Assembly (NCBI GenBank): GCA_964247055.1
Contig: OZ176051.1
Span: 9,796,001 to 9,860,000 of the forward strand
Length of the DNA: 64,000 nt
Source of the DNA: Paragordius varius
Lineage: Eukaryota; Animalia; Nematomorpha
Direction: 5' to 3'
The position numbers and the translations under genes are program-made. Shown here piece by piece: positions 1 through 13,912 of the stretch (position 1 is its first letter; every line of letters begins with the position of its first letter). Below the pieces are notes generated by a model. It ran no database searches, had not been told where the DNA came from, and saw nothing but the letters and a program-made list of their open reading frames with translations.

Positions 1-318
1 AAAAGTATTTTACTAATTTTTATTACCCAATTACTCCTTTAAATTGTTTTCGGTTAAAATCAATTTTTATAGAGAAGAGATAATATATCTCTTGTATAAC
101 TTAATTGTTTAACCAAATATAAATCAAATTTGTGCCGATTATCAAATTGTTTAGAATTTTATTTAAGAGCTAATTTATAGATGGTTACAGATATATTATA
201 CCGTATATATAATTTATTATTTTTCAAATATGACGGCGATCTTGACACATAATTTTTATCTATTGTAAATAAATATGAAAAAAAATATTTTAAAATTATT
301 TTAAATTTTTGTTGTTAG

Positions 319-1375
319 ATATAAACGTATCCTAGTCATCATTTCTCACTCCCAAGATTTCCTAAATAATGTTTGCACGCATACCATTCACCTTGATAAG
401 AAAAAACTAAAATTATACGGGGTATGAATTTTATTTTATACGATACGATTTTTTTGGAAACTTTTAATAAATACACTTATATAAATCATTTTAAGAGGAC
501 ATTTTTTTATAATAATTAAATTTTTTTTAAGGGTAATTATGATACTTTTATACGGACACGAGATGAATTGTTGGAAAATCAAGCTAAACGTTACAATTGG
601 GAACAGGCTCAAATATCACATATGAAGGTTTTTACAATGTGCAATTTTATAAAACTTCTTTAGAAATATTTTATTTTTGTAATTTACTTAATTTGCAAAA
701 AAAAAGTTTAAATTGACCTATATTATTACACTGTTTTTAAAAATATTCAAAAATATTTATATTTTTTTTATCTGATATAAAATAATTTTTATATGAAAAG
801 TTATTTTTAAATAAAAGATCATCAAATTTCAAACAATTATAACATTTTATTAATATATATAGTATAAACTTAATACTTTTAAAACAATTAATATCTTTCA
901 TTTTATAGTTGCATTCGGTGATTATTGACTGATTATGATTATAATTGACTGCATTTTTAATCTGTAATAACGGTTTTAATTCTAAACGTTTGAAATGTTC
1001 CATTAATTATTTTTAGTCAATTCATAAATATTAAGAAATAAAATATTTTGTAATTTAGGAATATATAGCAAGGTTTGGACATGGGAGTGCCAAGCTTGCT
1101 AGACAGGCCCAAAGTAAAGAAAAAACGCTCAATAAAATGGTTCAAGGTGGTTTAACGGAAAAAGTTACATCAGACAAGGTATTTTTATAAATTATTTTTA
1201 TAAATTTTCTAATTTTATATATATATATATATTACGTTAGAATTTGAGTTTCTATTTCCCAAGTTGTGAAAAATTGCCTCCACCCGTTCTTCAAATTCAA
1301 AATGTTAGTTTCCGTTATTCGCCAGACAAAGTAAATTTTACATGATAATTAAACTTTTAAAACTGATTTCTGAAG

Positions 1376-1416
<41 letters not shown>

Positions 1417-3699
1417 TATAGAACTAAGCTAGCATAGAAATTTAAGGGTTTACAGTTAAAATTATGATTATAAAAAGAAGACATAAAGGAACAAATACAT
1501 AAAATTTATATTTTTTTGATACCCTATTGTTTTGGGTTGTTTAACATGGAATAGAGTTTTAAATTTTTGGTAACTCACTGAATTTACAATACTACAACCG
1601 TAATCACATTGGTTATAAAACGGAAAAAAATCAAGGATTTAAAATATTAAACATATTTTTTTGTTTGGTATCTTTTAATATTTTAACCTTTTTAACTTAG
1701 GAATGGATTTACAAAAATTTGGAGTTGGGCATGGATATGGATACTCGGATTGCTCTTGTTGGTCCAAATGGTGCCGGGAAGAGTACTTTTTTGAAGCTTT
1801 TGAGCGGCGATGTAATATTAAATATTTTATTAAACAATAAATTTTTTATAAGATTAGAATTGGAATCATTTTTCAAACTATTACAAAAAAAATGTTTTCT
1901 AAATTTATCTATTTTAACACTTTTTTTGTATTTCGGAGAAATGGTGATGATGTAATTGTTAATATTATTATAATTATTTACAATTTTATTATAGAAAATG
2001 GTTAAAAAGATTTTTTAGATTTTTGATGTTTACTACATAATATTCTTTTTTCTGTCCTTTAATTATAAAAGTATTATACCTTATTAGGCTCTTAGTAATG
2101 TTATCATGAAGAGTTTTAAACTTTTTTTTAATTTAGAACTGGATTTTTGTGGCGGTTTATAAAGAGAAGTAGCATACAAATTTATATATCTAATTTTTGT
2201 GCCTATGTATTAAAATGTATCCAAAAAATAATCCGAATTATATATTATTTGGCATAAATAACTTTTTTGGAAAAACCGGTTAACGGTTTTTATCGATTAC
2301 TTAATATCTACAAATTATAATATTTATATAGTTGGTCCCAACTGAAGGCATGATACGAAAAAATTCTCATCTTAAATTTGGCCGTTATCATCAAGTAACT
2401 ATGAAATTTTCAATGATTTTATCCAAATTTTTGTAAAAATTTACAAAACAATATTTTTATTGTATAATAATAACAATATACTTTTTTGGTTGGTTGTGTA
2501 GCATTTACATGAACATCTTGAATTGGATCTTACCCCACTCGATTATATGATGAAATGTTTCCCACAGATAAAAGAACGTGAAGAAATGCGAAAAATTATT
2601 GGTCGTTATGAAATTACTGGAAAACAACAGGTTTTATGTCAAATAAAAGATTGTGTTTGGGAAAAATAGTAGTTGGTATATAGTATTTTTTAAATAATGT
2701 TATAAGTATTTATTACTTCACTAATGTGTCTTTTTGGGAAAATCATTGTATTACCAATTTCCAAAAATAATATTAATTTAAATTATGTGTGTAGCCGAAT
2801 CGAACCATCATTTAAGATAGTTAGTTACAATTGAAATTACTAATAAAAAAATCAGAGATATATATATTTAATCGGATATATGTTCAAAGAAATTGTTAAA
2901 TAACTATTTTGATCGAAAATTTGGGGTTATTTGAGAGAAATCAGCATTTTTTTGATTAAAATTTTGGGCATTAAAATTTTAAAATTTTTAATTTCATATA
3001 TTGTTTCTATAAAATAATAGATTTGTCCCATTCGAAATTTATCGGATGGTCAAAGGTGTCGCATAATATTTGCTTGGCTTGCTTTGCAGCACCCTCATTT
3101 CTTACTCCTTGATGAACCAACTAATCACCTTGATATGGAAACGATTGATAGTTTAGCTGATGCCTTAAATGCTTACGAGGGTGGAATAATTTTAGTTTCT
3201 CACGATTTTAGGCTCATTAAACAGGTTATTACGCGACGTTTTTTCGATTAAATTGTTTATAGCTTTTTGTACAAAAAAGTAAACTACAAAAATGATTATT
3301 TTAATTTTTTATGTCATAAATACTAAATAATAGCGTTATCGAAAAAAATTTTACCCAAAAAATTTCCCCTACATGAGAATCTTTAACTATTGTTTAATAT
3401 GTCCTAATTTTTTTAATGACTTATTTTATATTATAAAGATGAGTTATCCAAAAATATTTAGCAAATTTTCAAATATATCAAAGTGGTAATCTTCTTAGTT
3501 TGTCATTGATATATATATAATAAATATATACCCTAGAAAAAATAAATATATATTAACGTTTTTTTGTATTTGCTTTTAGGTTGCTGAGGAGATTTGGATG
3601 TGTGAAAAACAAACTATCACAAAATACAATGGTGATATACAAAAATACAAGAATTATTTGCGGAGAAAGGTTATAAAACGATTGGAACTCGATGCATAA
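319..3699 (+). CDS. ABCF2: ATP-binding cassette subfamily F member 2, 5'-partial. Exons 319-421, 532-627, 1059-1178, 1241-1330, 1701-1811, 2332-2394, 2502-2630, 3021-3224, 3580-3699
   Basis: Spliced translation gives ABCF motifs: [17 protein letters not shown], linker [31 protein letters not shown], Walker [10 protein letters not shown], signature LSDGQR, Walker [20 protein letters not shown]. All introns are GT-AG and keep frame; stop TAA at 3697-3699. Confidence 0.95.
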
Positions 3700-4772
3700 T
3701 AAGTGTAAACTTTAATTCCCGAGTGATTGATCATTACGTATTCAATACATCAACAACCAACCACAATTGTTAGCTTGCTTCTTTCTTACAAATAATGTTC
3801 TTTTTTGACTCGTTTTTTACATATTGTGTGTGAATGCAAAAAAATGATGATTATATTATACCATTTTTGTATAAAGTGATTTTATATTATAAGAAAATGT
3901 AATAATTTATAAATTATGGAATCATTTTACATGAATAATTTTTTGTATACTAGGATCGGAAAAGTCAATGGCGGTTAGTGACTCGTTGTTAAATGGGACT
4001 GACTTTATGTTATGAAAATTGTATTCAGTAGACCCATCCCTATAATGGGAAAAATTGATGGGTCATTCTGCATCCTAACCTTTCATTAAAAAATATATAA
4101 ATAATGTAAAATATATGAAATCAATCTTAAACTCATTTGAACTAAAATAAAAATAAAATATATATATAATTCATTTTAAGGGTCCCATAATACCAACAAA
4201 CCAGTAAATGTGGGAAGTATGTTTAAATTTGAATGATTATAAAATAAAAATTAAAACCTTAATTAAAAGTTGGAAAAGTGCATAAGCTATTTAATTTATA
4301 GGCGCTATTTTTTTGAAAAAGCTCGGGGCGTTATAGGGCAAGGGTGTTCGATTCACGGCCCCCCAAAAAATTTAATATCAAATATTTACGAAATTTAATT
4401 AGCAAATATTTGTTCATAAAATATTACTGAATTGATATTTTAAACAATTTTTTGCATAGTCTTTTCAATTGGCAAATTTATGAAAAATAAATTGTTATAT
4501 TTGCATTTTTTTAATTTTATGCTTGAAGTTGCCCATATATTTTTTTATGTAAACAGCGAAGACATTTGTGTTGCATACTGCTTTTTAATAATATGACTAT
4601 TTAAAATTTAGGTATGGTCTAAATGACAATTCCCATACCACATTTAAGATTAACCCCAAAATAAAGCAAATAATTATTATTGTTAATATTTATTTTTCAC
4701 AATTTATTACAATAGCGCACATGCATATAATTGTTGAATGTTTAAGGCAATCACAATCACGATATTAATTGT

Positions 4773-7700
4773 TTAAGGCAATATAGTTTGTTTAATATGC
4801 TTTTCCAAAGCAACCCTTTCCTTAATACATGTTTGGGTTAAATTTTCGGGTTTTCCCTCAGTGATTAGTATGTCATCTTCTATACGCATACCCTTGCCTC
4901 GAAATTCTTTTGGTATCCGATTATCATCCGGTCGAAGATAAACACCTTTATAGAAAAAAAATGATAATATATTGGATCGATTTACCGATAAAAAATATAA
5001 TCTATCGTAGTAAATTTTGAGCAGTTTCATATGAGCTTAATAAACAGTTTATTTTACTATTCATAAATTATAATTATAGGCAAACAATATTCGTTTAAAC
5101 AAAAAATATCTGGAATACATGAATATAAAATCCGTAAATTTTTAACATAATATTGGTTTTAAATACACATAAATTTCCCCAAAACACTTAATTTAAAATA
5201 TTACCTGGTTCAATAGTTATTATCATGCCTGGTTCCAAGGGTTCAGATCTATCGATTAAATGACAATCATGGATATCCATACCTAAGTGATGGCCCACAT
5301 GATGTGGGCAAAGATCATGGACTAGCTATTATATTACGATAACAATATTAATTTAATTTGTGCTCTTTTGATTTTCACTTTATGAATAGGCAGGCACTAA
5401 TGAAAGAAATTTAGTATTTAATAAAAATGTAGAAAGTATAATTAAAATAAATTTTGTTAATATTTATTGAAATGTAAATTTTCGATCATACTATAAAAAT
5501 TTAAAACGTAGGTATTAAAAATAAAATTATAATGTATAAATATTTTAGATTGCTCATTAAATTTATATCCTTATTAGTTAATATTAATATTATTAAAATC
5601 AAAAAATCCAAATATTTTAGCCCCAAAAGTTTTAAAAAAAATATTTTAAATCATTAAATTAATAAACCAAAAAGGAATGTAACTTTAAGTTTTTCGAGTT
5701 TTGTCAAAGAGGGTGGGATTAATTTAATTTCAGAGAAATTTTGTACCATAAGCCCATACATTTTGGACAAAAGCGAGTCTAAAGATTCTTTTTCGTCAGC
5801 AATGCAGGCATTAATACATTTTTGTTGAACCTAAAATTTTGGTAGAGCAAACATATTTCTAAATTATATTCGTGCGCGTAAAAATTAACATTATAAAAAT
5901 TTAAAACTAAATTTGAATAATAGTTATTTTAAATAGAAATCCATATTTTTTTAGTTTACCATTTTCTTTAAATCTATCGTTCTAGATGCTAATATAAAAA
6001 AAAGAGATTTAACTTGAGCACAAACACAATTATAATCATAGATAAATAATAATGAATTTAAAATTATAAATCATGTCTTTATAAAATATATTTGTATTTT
6101 ATATCGGAAATTTATATAAATTTTAAAATTGAAATAATTAGTATAATAAACTAAAAAAATATATTTTATCAGGAAAAAATGTAATATATATGGGAAACAT
6201 CTAACAAAGCATCATATAACTCGGATTCTGCCGTTGAAAACTTCCCTGAAAGTGGCCACGTCCTGCTAATATCACTGCAATAATTTTCGTATTCACATCT
6301 AAAATTATATAAATTAATATAAACCAAAATAAATGCACTTATAAATTCAACTGATAAACCAAAATAGAATATATATTTAATCAAGCAAAAGCATGCATTT
6401 TTTAAACAAATATAAATTTACAGTCAAGCCTTTTTTGTGTCAAAAATAAGGGTTGCACAAATTGCAAAAAAATTGATAGATTCAAAATGTGGCATATAAA
6501 ATTTTCTTAATAAATTTTATATCTCATAAAATAACAACACTGTTTTTAGGAAAAATTAACAAACAAGTCCTCAAAAAAAGTTTGTATTTGCTAAAAATTT
6601 TAATTAATCACAAAAAAGGCCGCACAAAAAGCGATTAAAATGTTGTAAGTTTGATATTTAACCATAAAATTAATTTTCTGCATCCAACAAAAGGAGTAGA
6701 GTTACAAAAAAAGTCCTGATAAAAAGATATTTGAATGTTTTTAATATAAAATTTTAAATCATAAGGTATAATTTAAAACCAAATCTGCATTCAAATAGAT
6801 AAAAGTATATGTATATAAAATGAATTAAAAAAATTTTTCTTAGGAGAAAAGAAATTTTTTGATACAAAAAGGACCTACCCTGCATCCATGAGGAGTAGGG
6901 GTAAATCACTTTTTGGAGAAAATGTTTTATCATTGTCAATATAATGTATAGTACAAGCACGAGATCCACCCGCGACCACGGGTATATAAGCGTTCCCAGA
7001 TGCTCCTAACCGTTTACTTTCCAACTCAAAATATGTTTCAATCAAATTTTCTGCTAACTAGAGTTTAATTTATAAAAAATCTAAAATAATTTTGAATTTG
7101 AATGTATTTCTCTAAATTTTTATTGCATTATAAGCAATATAATCTTAGATAATGCGGAATATACTATAGTAAAACATGGTTTAATACATATCAATCAATT
7201 TTCTGTCAGCTGGATTTATATAATTTAAAACAGATAAATTATAAAATATATAAATTGGTATATAATTTCCCAAAATATGGCAGTAGGCTAATATAATCAT
7301 ATACGGTGCAACATATCCTTATAATTTTATAAAACATTATTGTTCTATGGTAAAAAAGCGATCAAATTTTTGTCATGTTACATATATCTTGAGAATATAA
7401 TCATAGTTAATATATATCATGATGGAACTTTTTAAACCATAATTAAAAGTGAGAATATTTTATTAAATAGTAAATGGGTACATTATCGTAAATGTAATCA
7501 TATACATGCCAAACAGATCTGTTATTTGATAAAAAAGATTTTTGAATTTTAATTATAAGTTTTGTCAAAAAGATATCCTATATCGAAAATTTTTCAACGT
7601 TATACTTCAAAATTTTATTGACAGCCAAAAAATGAACATCAGTTTTAAAAACTATACATATATTAATTAAAAATTTTATTTAGTTCTAATCAATGTCATA

Positions 7701-8410
7701 CGTTAGTTTGACAATTCTGCATAGTTAAATTCAAAGCTTTGGAAGCAATAGAACATGATTTGCGCATTAGATCTATTTCGTATGGTGATTTTATTTTTTT
7801 CAATTCTTGAATGTAACCGTCCAACAATTTGATTTGATGTTTGTTTTCATAAAAAAACTCTTTAATTTCCTAAGAATTCATAAATTACCAAACCAACATT
7901 TATATAAGAGGGTATATCCCTAAAATAGATAAATTGGTCGATGTTCGATATCCAAATAGTAGAAAATTTGCTAGTTAGTTTTTTCACATCGCTGCTAAAA
8001 TTTTGAATAGGTTGTATAGCACTGTACCCTAAATTATGGAGATTGGTTATAGGTGTAGGACCATCCCAAATTTCTTTATTTTTATCATGAATATTAGTGT
8101 ATAACACAGGACTTTGATTATTACACTTTATAAGTAAACAAGATTCCGGTAAATTAACATTGGTTAGATATTGAAAATTAGTATGCTACCAACGTTAAAT
8201 TGAAATAAAACTTGTTTAAATTTATATGGCACATCTTTCATTCGATAACTAATTATGTTTGAGAACAATAAAATAATATCATTTTTTTGTGAGTTAATTA
8301 ATTCTAATAAATTTTTCCGCCTGTGACTAATAAATAAATACTAATATTAACTTTAATTCCAAAAGCTCGTTTGTACGGGCTAATGATTTCAAAAACCGAT
8401 AGCCTAACAT
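4773..8410 (-). CDS. XPNPEP3: Xaa-Pro aminopeptidase 3 (mitochondrial Icp55-like, M24B), ~449 aa. Exons 8410-8352, 8326-8212, 8185-7898, 7869-7702, 7057-6879, 6298-6199, 5830-5684, 5325-5205, 4945-4773
   Basis: Motifs [90 protein letters not shown], with all metal ligands present. N-terminus [13 protein letters not shown] resembles a mitochondrial presequence. Exon 1 assignment is inferred. Confidence 0.9.
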
Positions 8411-8457
8411 TTTCGAATTAAGGAGTCGCACGCTTTTTATTGTTCATTCATTTTGAC
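8411..8457. promoter_or_regulatory. 47-bp divergent spacer between the XPNPEP3 and CCT3 start codons (putative bidirectional promoter)
   Basis: ATG on minus at 8410 and ATG on plus at 8458. TCATTC at 8444-8449 matches the arthropod-type initiator TCAKTY, which is weak evidence in AT-rich DNA. Confidence 0.5.
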
Positions 8458-11400
8458 ATGGTTCCGCACACTCCACTAATAATTATCAGTCAAAACACCA
8501 AAAGGGAAAGTGGAAAAAAGGTTCAAATCGAAAATATAGCCGCCGCTAAAGTATATAATATGTTATAATAATTTAAGATTGTAGCTGATGTTATTAGAAC
8601 ATGTTTGGGACCAAGAGCAATGTTAAAGGTATTTGTTACCATTCTAATTAATTTAGATGCTTATGGATCCTGTTGGTGGTTTGACTGTGACCAGTGATGG
8701 AAATGCCATTCTTAGAGAAGTTTTTTTTCTTTTTGATTCACCTTTTTTATAATAGATTGCTGTTAAACACCCTGCTGCTAAAAGTATGATTGAAATTAGT
8801 CGAACTCAAGACGAAGAGGTCGGTGATGGAACCACATCGGTCATTGTTTTAGGTAAATTGTTTTATTGATATCTTTTTGTTGCTTTTTAAAAATGTGTTC
8901 GTTTCTTAACGTAGTTATAGCCATAAAAGGGTAATAAAGGGAATTAAATTTTATTACTAAATCTTTCATAATTAAAATAAATATATTGATATAGTTATGG
9001 TTCTCTTGATTTATTATTCTTTATAATAATAATATTTAAATATGTATGGTAGGTGTAAATATTTTTTTTCTTTATACCCAAATAACTTAAAATATTAGTA
9101 AAATAATTTAAGAAATTATATGTTAACCTATGGTTGCGTATCCAAATTTTTAAATTAAATTTGGGTTGAATATAACATTCTCTCATTAAGCTTAAAAACG
9201 CTCTAATTTAAAATTTCCCAAAGCATACAAAAATTCTGGACTTGTTATAATTAACTATAAATTTCACAGTATCTTTTTCTCATATTCTTTAAAAATATTT
9301 TATAATTTTTTAGCTGGGGAATTTTTATCTGCCGCTGAAGTTTTCATTAATCAAAACATTCATCCCACCATCATTATATCAGCCTATCGTTCAGCATTAG
9401 AGGACATTCAACAATTTCTTGAAGAATTGAGGTATATAAACAAATATCCTAAAATGTAAACTAAACACTATAAGACAAAAAAACAGGCAGCCATATTTTT
9501 TTGGATCTTGATTATTTTTTGTATATAATTTAATTGATTACAATTGTGAAATCCATAATAGAGTGTGTTACCATCACCGCAACGATATATCTTAGGATTT
9601 TGTACATGTTTAAAAGCTTGACTGTCTTTTTAAAAAAACATGTATTTGTTTTTAAGATTTTTACGTGTTTCGTCTTATAATTTCTATCTTTGCTGTATTG
9701 ATTGTAAATCCATACATTTCCATTTTTAGTGCTAATGGTCACAATTATACTTTAACTATAGTTTTTCAGTCCATTTAAATTACAAATAAATATTTACTGT
9801 TTAAATTTAAACTAAATACATTTTTAAAACATGATAGTTTTTCGGTCGATATGAGTGACACGCGTGAACTTTTAAACATTGTCCGGAGTGTGATAAATAC
9901 GAAATTTGCTAATAAATGGTCCGATCTAATCTGTAACATGGCCCTCAAAGCCGTATCCATCGTCCGGTTGACGGATGAAAAAAGTGGTGCTATTAAAGAA
10001 ATTGATATAAAGCGTTATGCCCGTGTTGAAAAGGTTTGTTTTATGCTTTTCAATGATATTTTAAAAAAGTTTGTAATAAATAGTGTTTGATAAATAATTA
10101 TCTTTTTATATAGTATATCTGTGTGAAAATGATTAATAATGTAACGCTATATTATATTTGTATGAAATACATTTTGAAAAACTTTAGTTTTACAATTATC
10201 ATCATTATTATTATTTCGAAGTGGTTAATTTTTATTACAGCAATATATATATATATAAGTTCTGCCAAAATTGGTTCTTGTACAATATTTAAAGCAGTAG
10301 TACACCTTGCATAATATCTTTAAAAAGGCGTAAAATACCAATTTTTTTCCAATAAGTCCCGCAGTTAAGTATATTTTGAAATTTAATTTTTCAAAGATAC
10401 AAGTTTACATATGCATTTCAATAGTTGGTTGTCTATTTTACACTATAGTAGGGCAATTTGCAACACCGGAGTGTATGGAAAAAAGAAAAAAATGCAAATT
10501 GCCCAATTATAGTGTGAAATAAGCAATCATTAGACTGCATACTGTAAAGGACTTTTCATAAAAATCCCTATTTATATAGTCCTTATAAATAAAATGTAAA
10601 TATGAAAAAAGAGTTTATTTTTACTTTAAAGTTCACTCCATTTATACCATTCATACCACCTCAAATATACCCTTGAACAATTCAAAATCACCTTAATAAA
10701 TGGGCTAATATAACTCTTTATAAATTGGAATTATTTCTTAAGCATAATTTTGAAATTTTAATTTTTTGAAAATATAAATAAAATATTAATTTTTTTCAAT
10801 TACAAATAATTTTTAGGGTTTCGAATTGTTTAAGGGTAAAATTGAAATTTTTAAGGGTTAATTTTTTAGATAATGTTGAACATGCGATATTATATTTGTA
10901 TGTAACACATTTTGTAAAAAAACTTTTACAATTTATGATTATTATATTTTCATAATTTAAATAAATATACTTAGTTTGTATTATACCACATGTTTATTTT
11001 ATATAAGCCGCAATTTATATTTTTTTATGATTTATTTTTTTTAAAGCACCAATATGATTAAGATAAATGGGTTAAAAATAATATATCGATGTCGAAATAT
11101 GGTTGAGTTTTTAACTTATTATAAAAAAACTCTTACATTTATTTAACATATGTTTTATTGTCTATCTTTTCAAATTTTATCGTATTGTATATATAGATAC
11201 CTGGGGGTATGATCGAAGATAGTCACGTTATGGACGGTATAATGTTAAATAAGGAACCAACGCATCCTGAAATGAAGCGTCACATTGTTAATCCGCGTAT
11301 CCTATTACTCGATTGTAACTTGGAATACAAAAAGGGGGAAAGCATGGTATGAATTTTTTTGATTTTTCTCCCTTAAAGTTAATTTGATTTGCTAATATAA

Positions 11401-13912
11401 TAATAATTATATTTGGAAGTTTTATGGATACTATGAATTAGTCAACCGCTCAAAATATGTCATTTTTTATTGTTATATAATTTACGAAAAATTTCATATA
11501 ATATAAATTGTATTTTAGTTTAGTTTTCTTATATTAGAAAATTTCCAACATTATTTTGTTAAGCCATTTTTATTCAAATATGATAATATCATTGGATGTT
11601 CCCTCTATTTGTGTAGACAAATCTTGAATTTAGTCAACAAGGTGATTTTCAAAAAATGTTACAAATGGAAGAAGATACGATTAAGAAAGATTGTGAACAC
11701 ATTTTAACTTTTAAACCGGACTTAATTATGACGGAAAAGGGTGTTTCCGATTTGGCTCAACATTATTTTTTGCAAGCCGGGGTTAGTGTTATGCGCAGAC
11801 TTAAGAAAACGGATAATAATCGAATTGCAAGGTAAATTTAGATGTGTATTTATTGTAATTTTTAAAGGTTAAAGGCTAAATTTTTAAAGGAATTTTAAAT
11901 TAGTAGTTTTTACCGTTATTATTTACCAGTCAAATAAAATATTAAGCTAAATGTGATTTTTTTACTTATATGACCTCTTTTAAAAAAGATTTAAAGGTTA
12001 CTGAATAGAAAAATGCCAATTTTTATAGTTTCGTCTTTCAAAAAATTATATATTATAAAATAATATGTGATAGTGGTTATATTAGGTTCTATATAAATTC
12101 ATAACCCAGATCACTATATTAACTGAATCTGTTAAAAACATAAAAATATAATTAAATTTGGATAAGGTTTTCAAATTATATATAAAACAAAACTAGTTAT
12201 TATATATTTCATTTTTAGAGTTTGTGGAGCAACCATTGTTAATCAAATTGATGAAATTCGTGAAGAGGATATTGGGACAGATGCTGGCTTGTTTGAAATC
12301 AAACAAATTGGCGATGAGTATATAATATTTTTATTTGGGAATGCTAATATATATTATATATATTTTATAAACCATTTACAATAATTCACCCTTGAACAAT
12401 TCGAATCACACTAAACATAAATTGTGTTTTCGGGCTAATATAACTCATCATTTATATGAAATATTTTTACGACACAATTAAATATTTTTTTAGCATTATA
12501 TTAATTTTAAACAGAATTTTTTTTATATAAAAAAAAATAAAGGTAATTTTTAAATTTCAAAAACCGCATAATTTGTTTTAGGGTGAATTTGAATTTTCCG
12601 AGGATGAATTATCGTTTAGGGATAAATTTGAATGTTGTTGTTGCAAATGGTATTTTGATTGTGATATCTATGATATATTTTTTGACAATATTAAAATGCT
12701 TTTTTTAAAAAAATTATATTTATTTTTATTTATTATCCAGATATTTCAGTTGTATTACCAAATGTAAATCACCCAAAGCTTGTACCATAGTATTACGGGG
12801 CCCAAGTAAAGATATATTGAATGAATTGGAAAGAAATTTACAGGATGCAATGTGCGTTTTACGAAACATATCAATTGATTCCAAACTTTTATATGGGGGT
12901 GGGGCCGTCGAAATGGCTTTATCTAAAGTAAAAAGAAACAATTTAATTATATAACTTAATTTATCAATATGTAAAAATATATGTTGCGAAAAAAAAATTC
13001 GTATTTTTATGCTAGAGATAATTTTATTTTTGAATTAATTTTATGCAAAATCGTAATTTTTTGGGGGACGAAAAAAAACTAAATTTTTGGTTTTTGTTGG
13101 AAAAAAATTTCTTGTATAGCGGAATTTTATATTTAAATTTTTTTCGGTAAATTAATTTTTTTTTATTTCTCAGAGATTATCGGATAAAGGTAAAAAAATA
13201 ACGGGCGTCCGACAATGGCCTTACATGGCTTTAGCCAGATGCTTGGAAATTATTCCCCGAACTTTGATTCAAAATTGTGGGGGAAATGTTATAAGAACCA
13301 TGACGGATTTGAGAGTATTTTTTGAAATATTTATATTTGTCTTTACATATATTTTTGGATATTTTTGGTCAACATGCTTTACAACATAAAGTATTCAATC
13401 TTTTAAAAGGATTTTATTTTAAAATATTATAAATAAGCATATTCCTATCACATATTTGAAAATAAATATTTGGCTGATCAAATATATAATGCCCTTTGTA
13501 TTTATGATATTAGGCTGAACACTCTCAAAATGATTTGTCGAAAGCATCGTTTGGCATTGATGGTATGAAAGGAACTGTCGTTGATATGAAAACTCTTGGC
13601 ATTTATGAACCGCTGTCGGTTAAATTACAAGTTTATAAAACTGCAATAGAGGTAAAAGTTTATTTGGGAAATCAATTTGGTTTTTATTTTAAATAATATT
13701 TATATATGATAAAAAGAGTAATTTTTTTCAGTTATGATTTTAAACAAGAATGAAGAATATATTAAGATAAATCTATTATTATATTCTATCAGACTGCAAT
13801 ACTTTTGCTAAGAATCGATGATATTGTGAGTGGAACTAAAAAGGAATCAAGTTTACATGAAAAGGCTGAATCAGCTGTATCTCAACCCACTGAAGAATCT
13901 ATGAAGGATTAA
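8458..13912 (+). CDS. CCT3: T-complex protein 1 subunit gamma, ~555 aa. Exons 8458-8550, 8578-8628, 8657-8719, 8756-8852, 9314-9431, 9838-10033, 11197-11346, 11617-11831, 12219-12317, 12741-12927, 13174-13314, 13514-13651, 13793-13912
   Basis: [111 protein letters not shown]. The total exon length of 1668 nt is a multiple of 3. Confidence 0.97.
10441..10514. repeat. 74-bp hairpin / miniature inverted-repeat element in a CCT3 intron
   Basis: CACTATAGTAGGGCAATTTGCA ... TGCAAATTGCCCAATTATAGTG form ~22-bp imperfect inverted arms. No clear TSD. Confidence 0.5.
10638..10870. mobile_element. Degenerate copy of the CCATTTAC-ended MITE family (CCT3 intron 6)
   Basis: Shares CACCCTTGAACAATTCAAA subrepeats and the GGGCTAATATAACTC core with the copies at 12372, 35667 and 62157. 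Ends are approximate. Confidence 0.55.
12372..12650. mobile_element. CCATTTAC-ended MITE (CCT3 intron 9)
   Basis: Termini CCATTTACA / TGCAAATGG, subterminal ~20-bp repeats, and homology to 62157-62451. Confidence 0.7.

Noticed and set aside
2601-2630. ABCF2 [10 protein letters not shown] where GRYGLTG is usual
   Set aside because: It lies outside the catalytic motifs, the rest of the protein is intact, and it is likely ordinary divergence.
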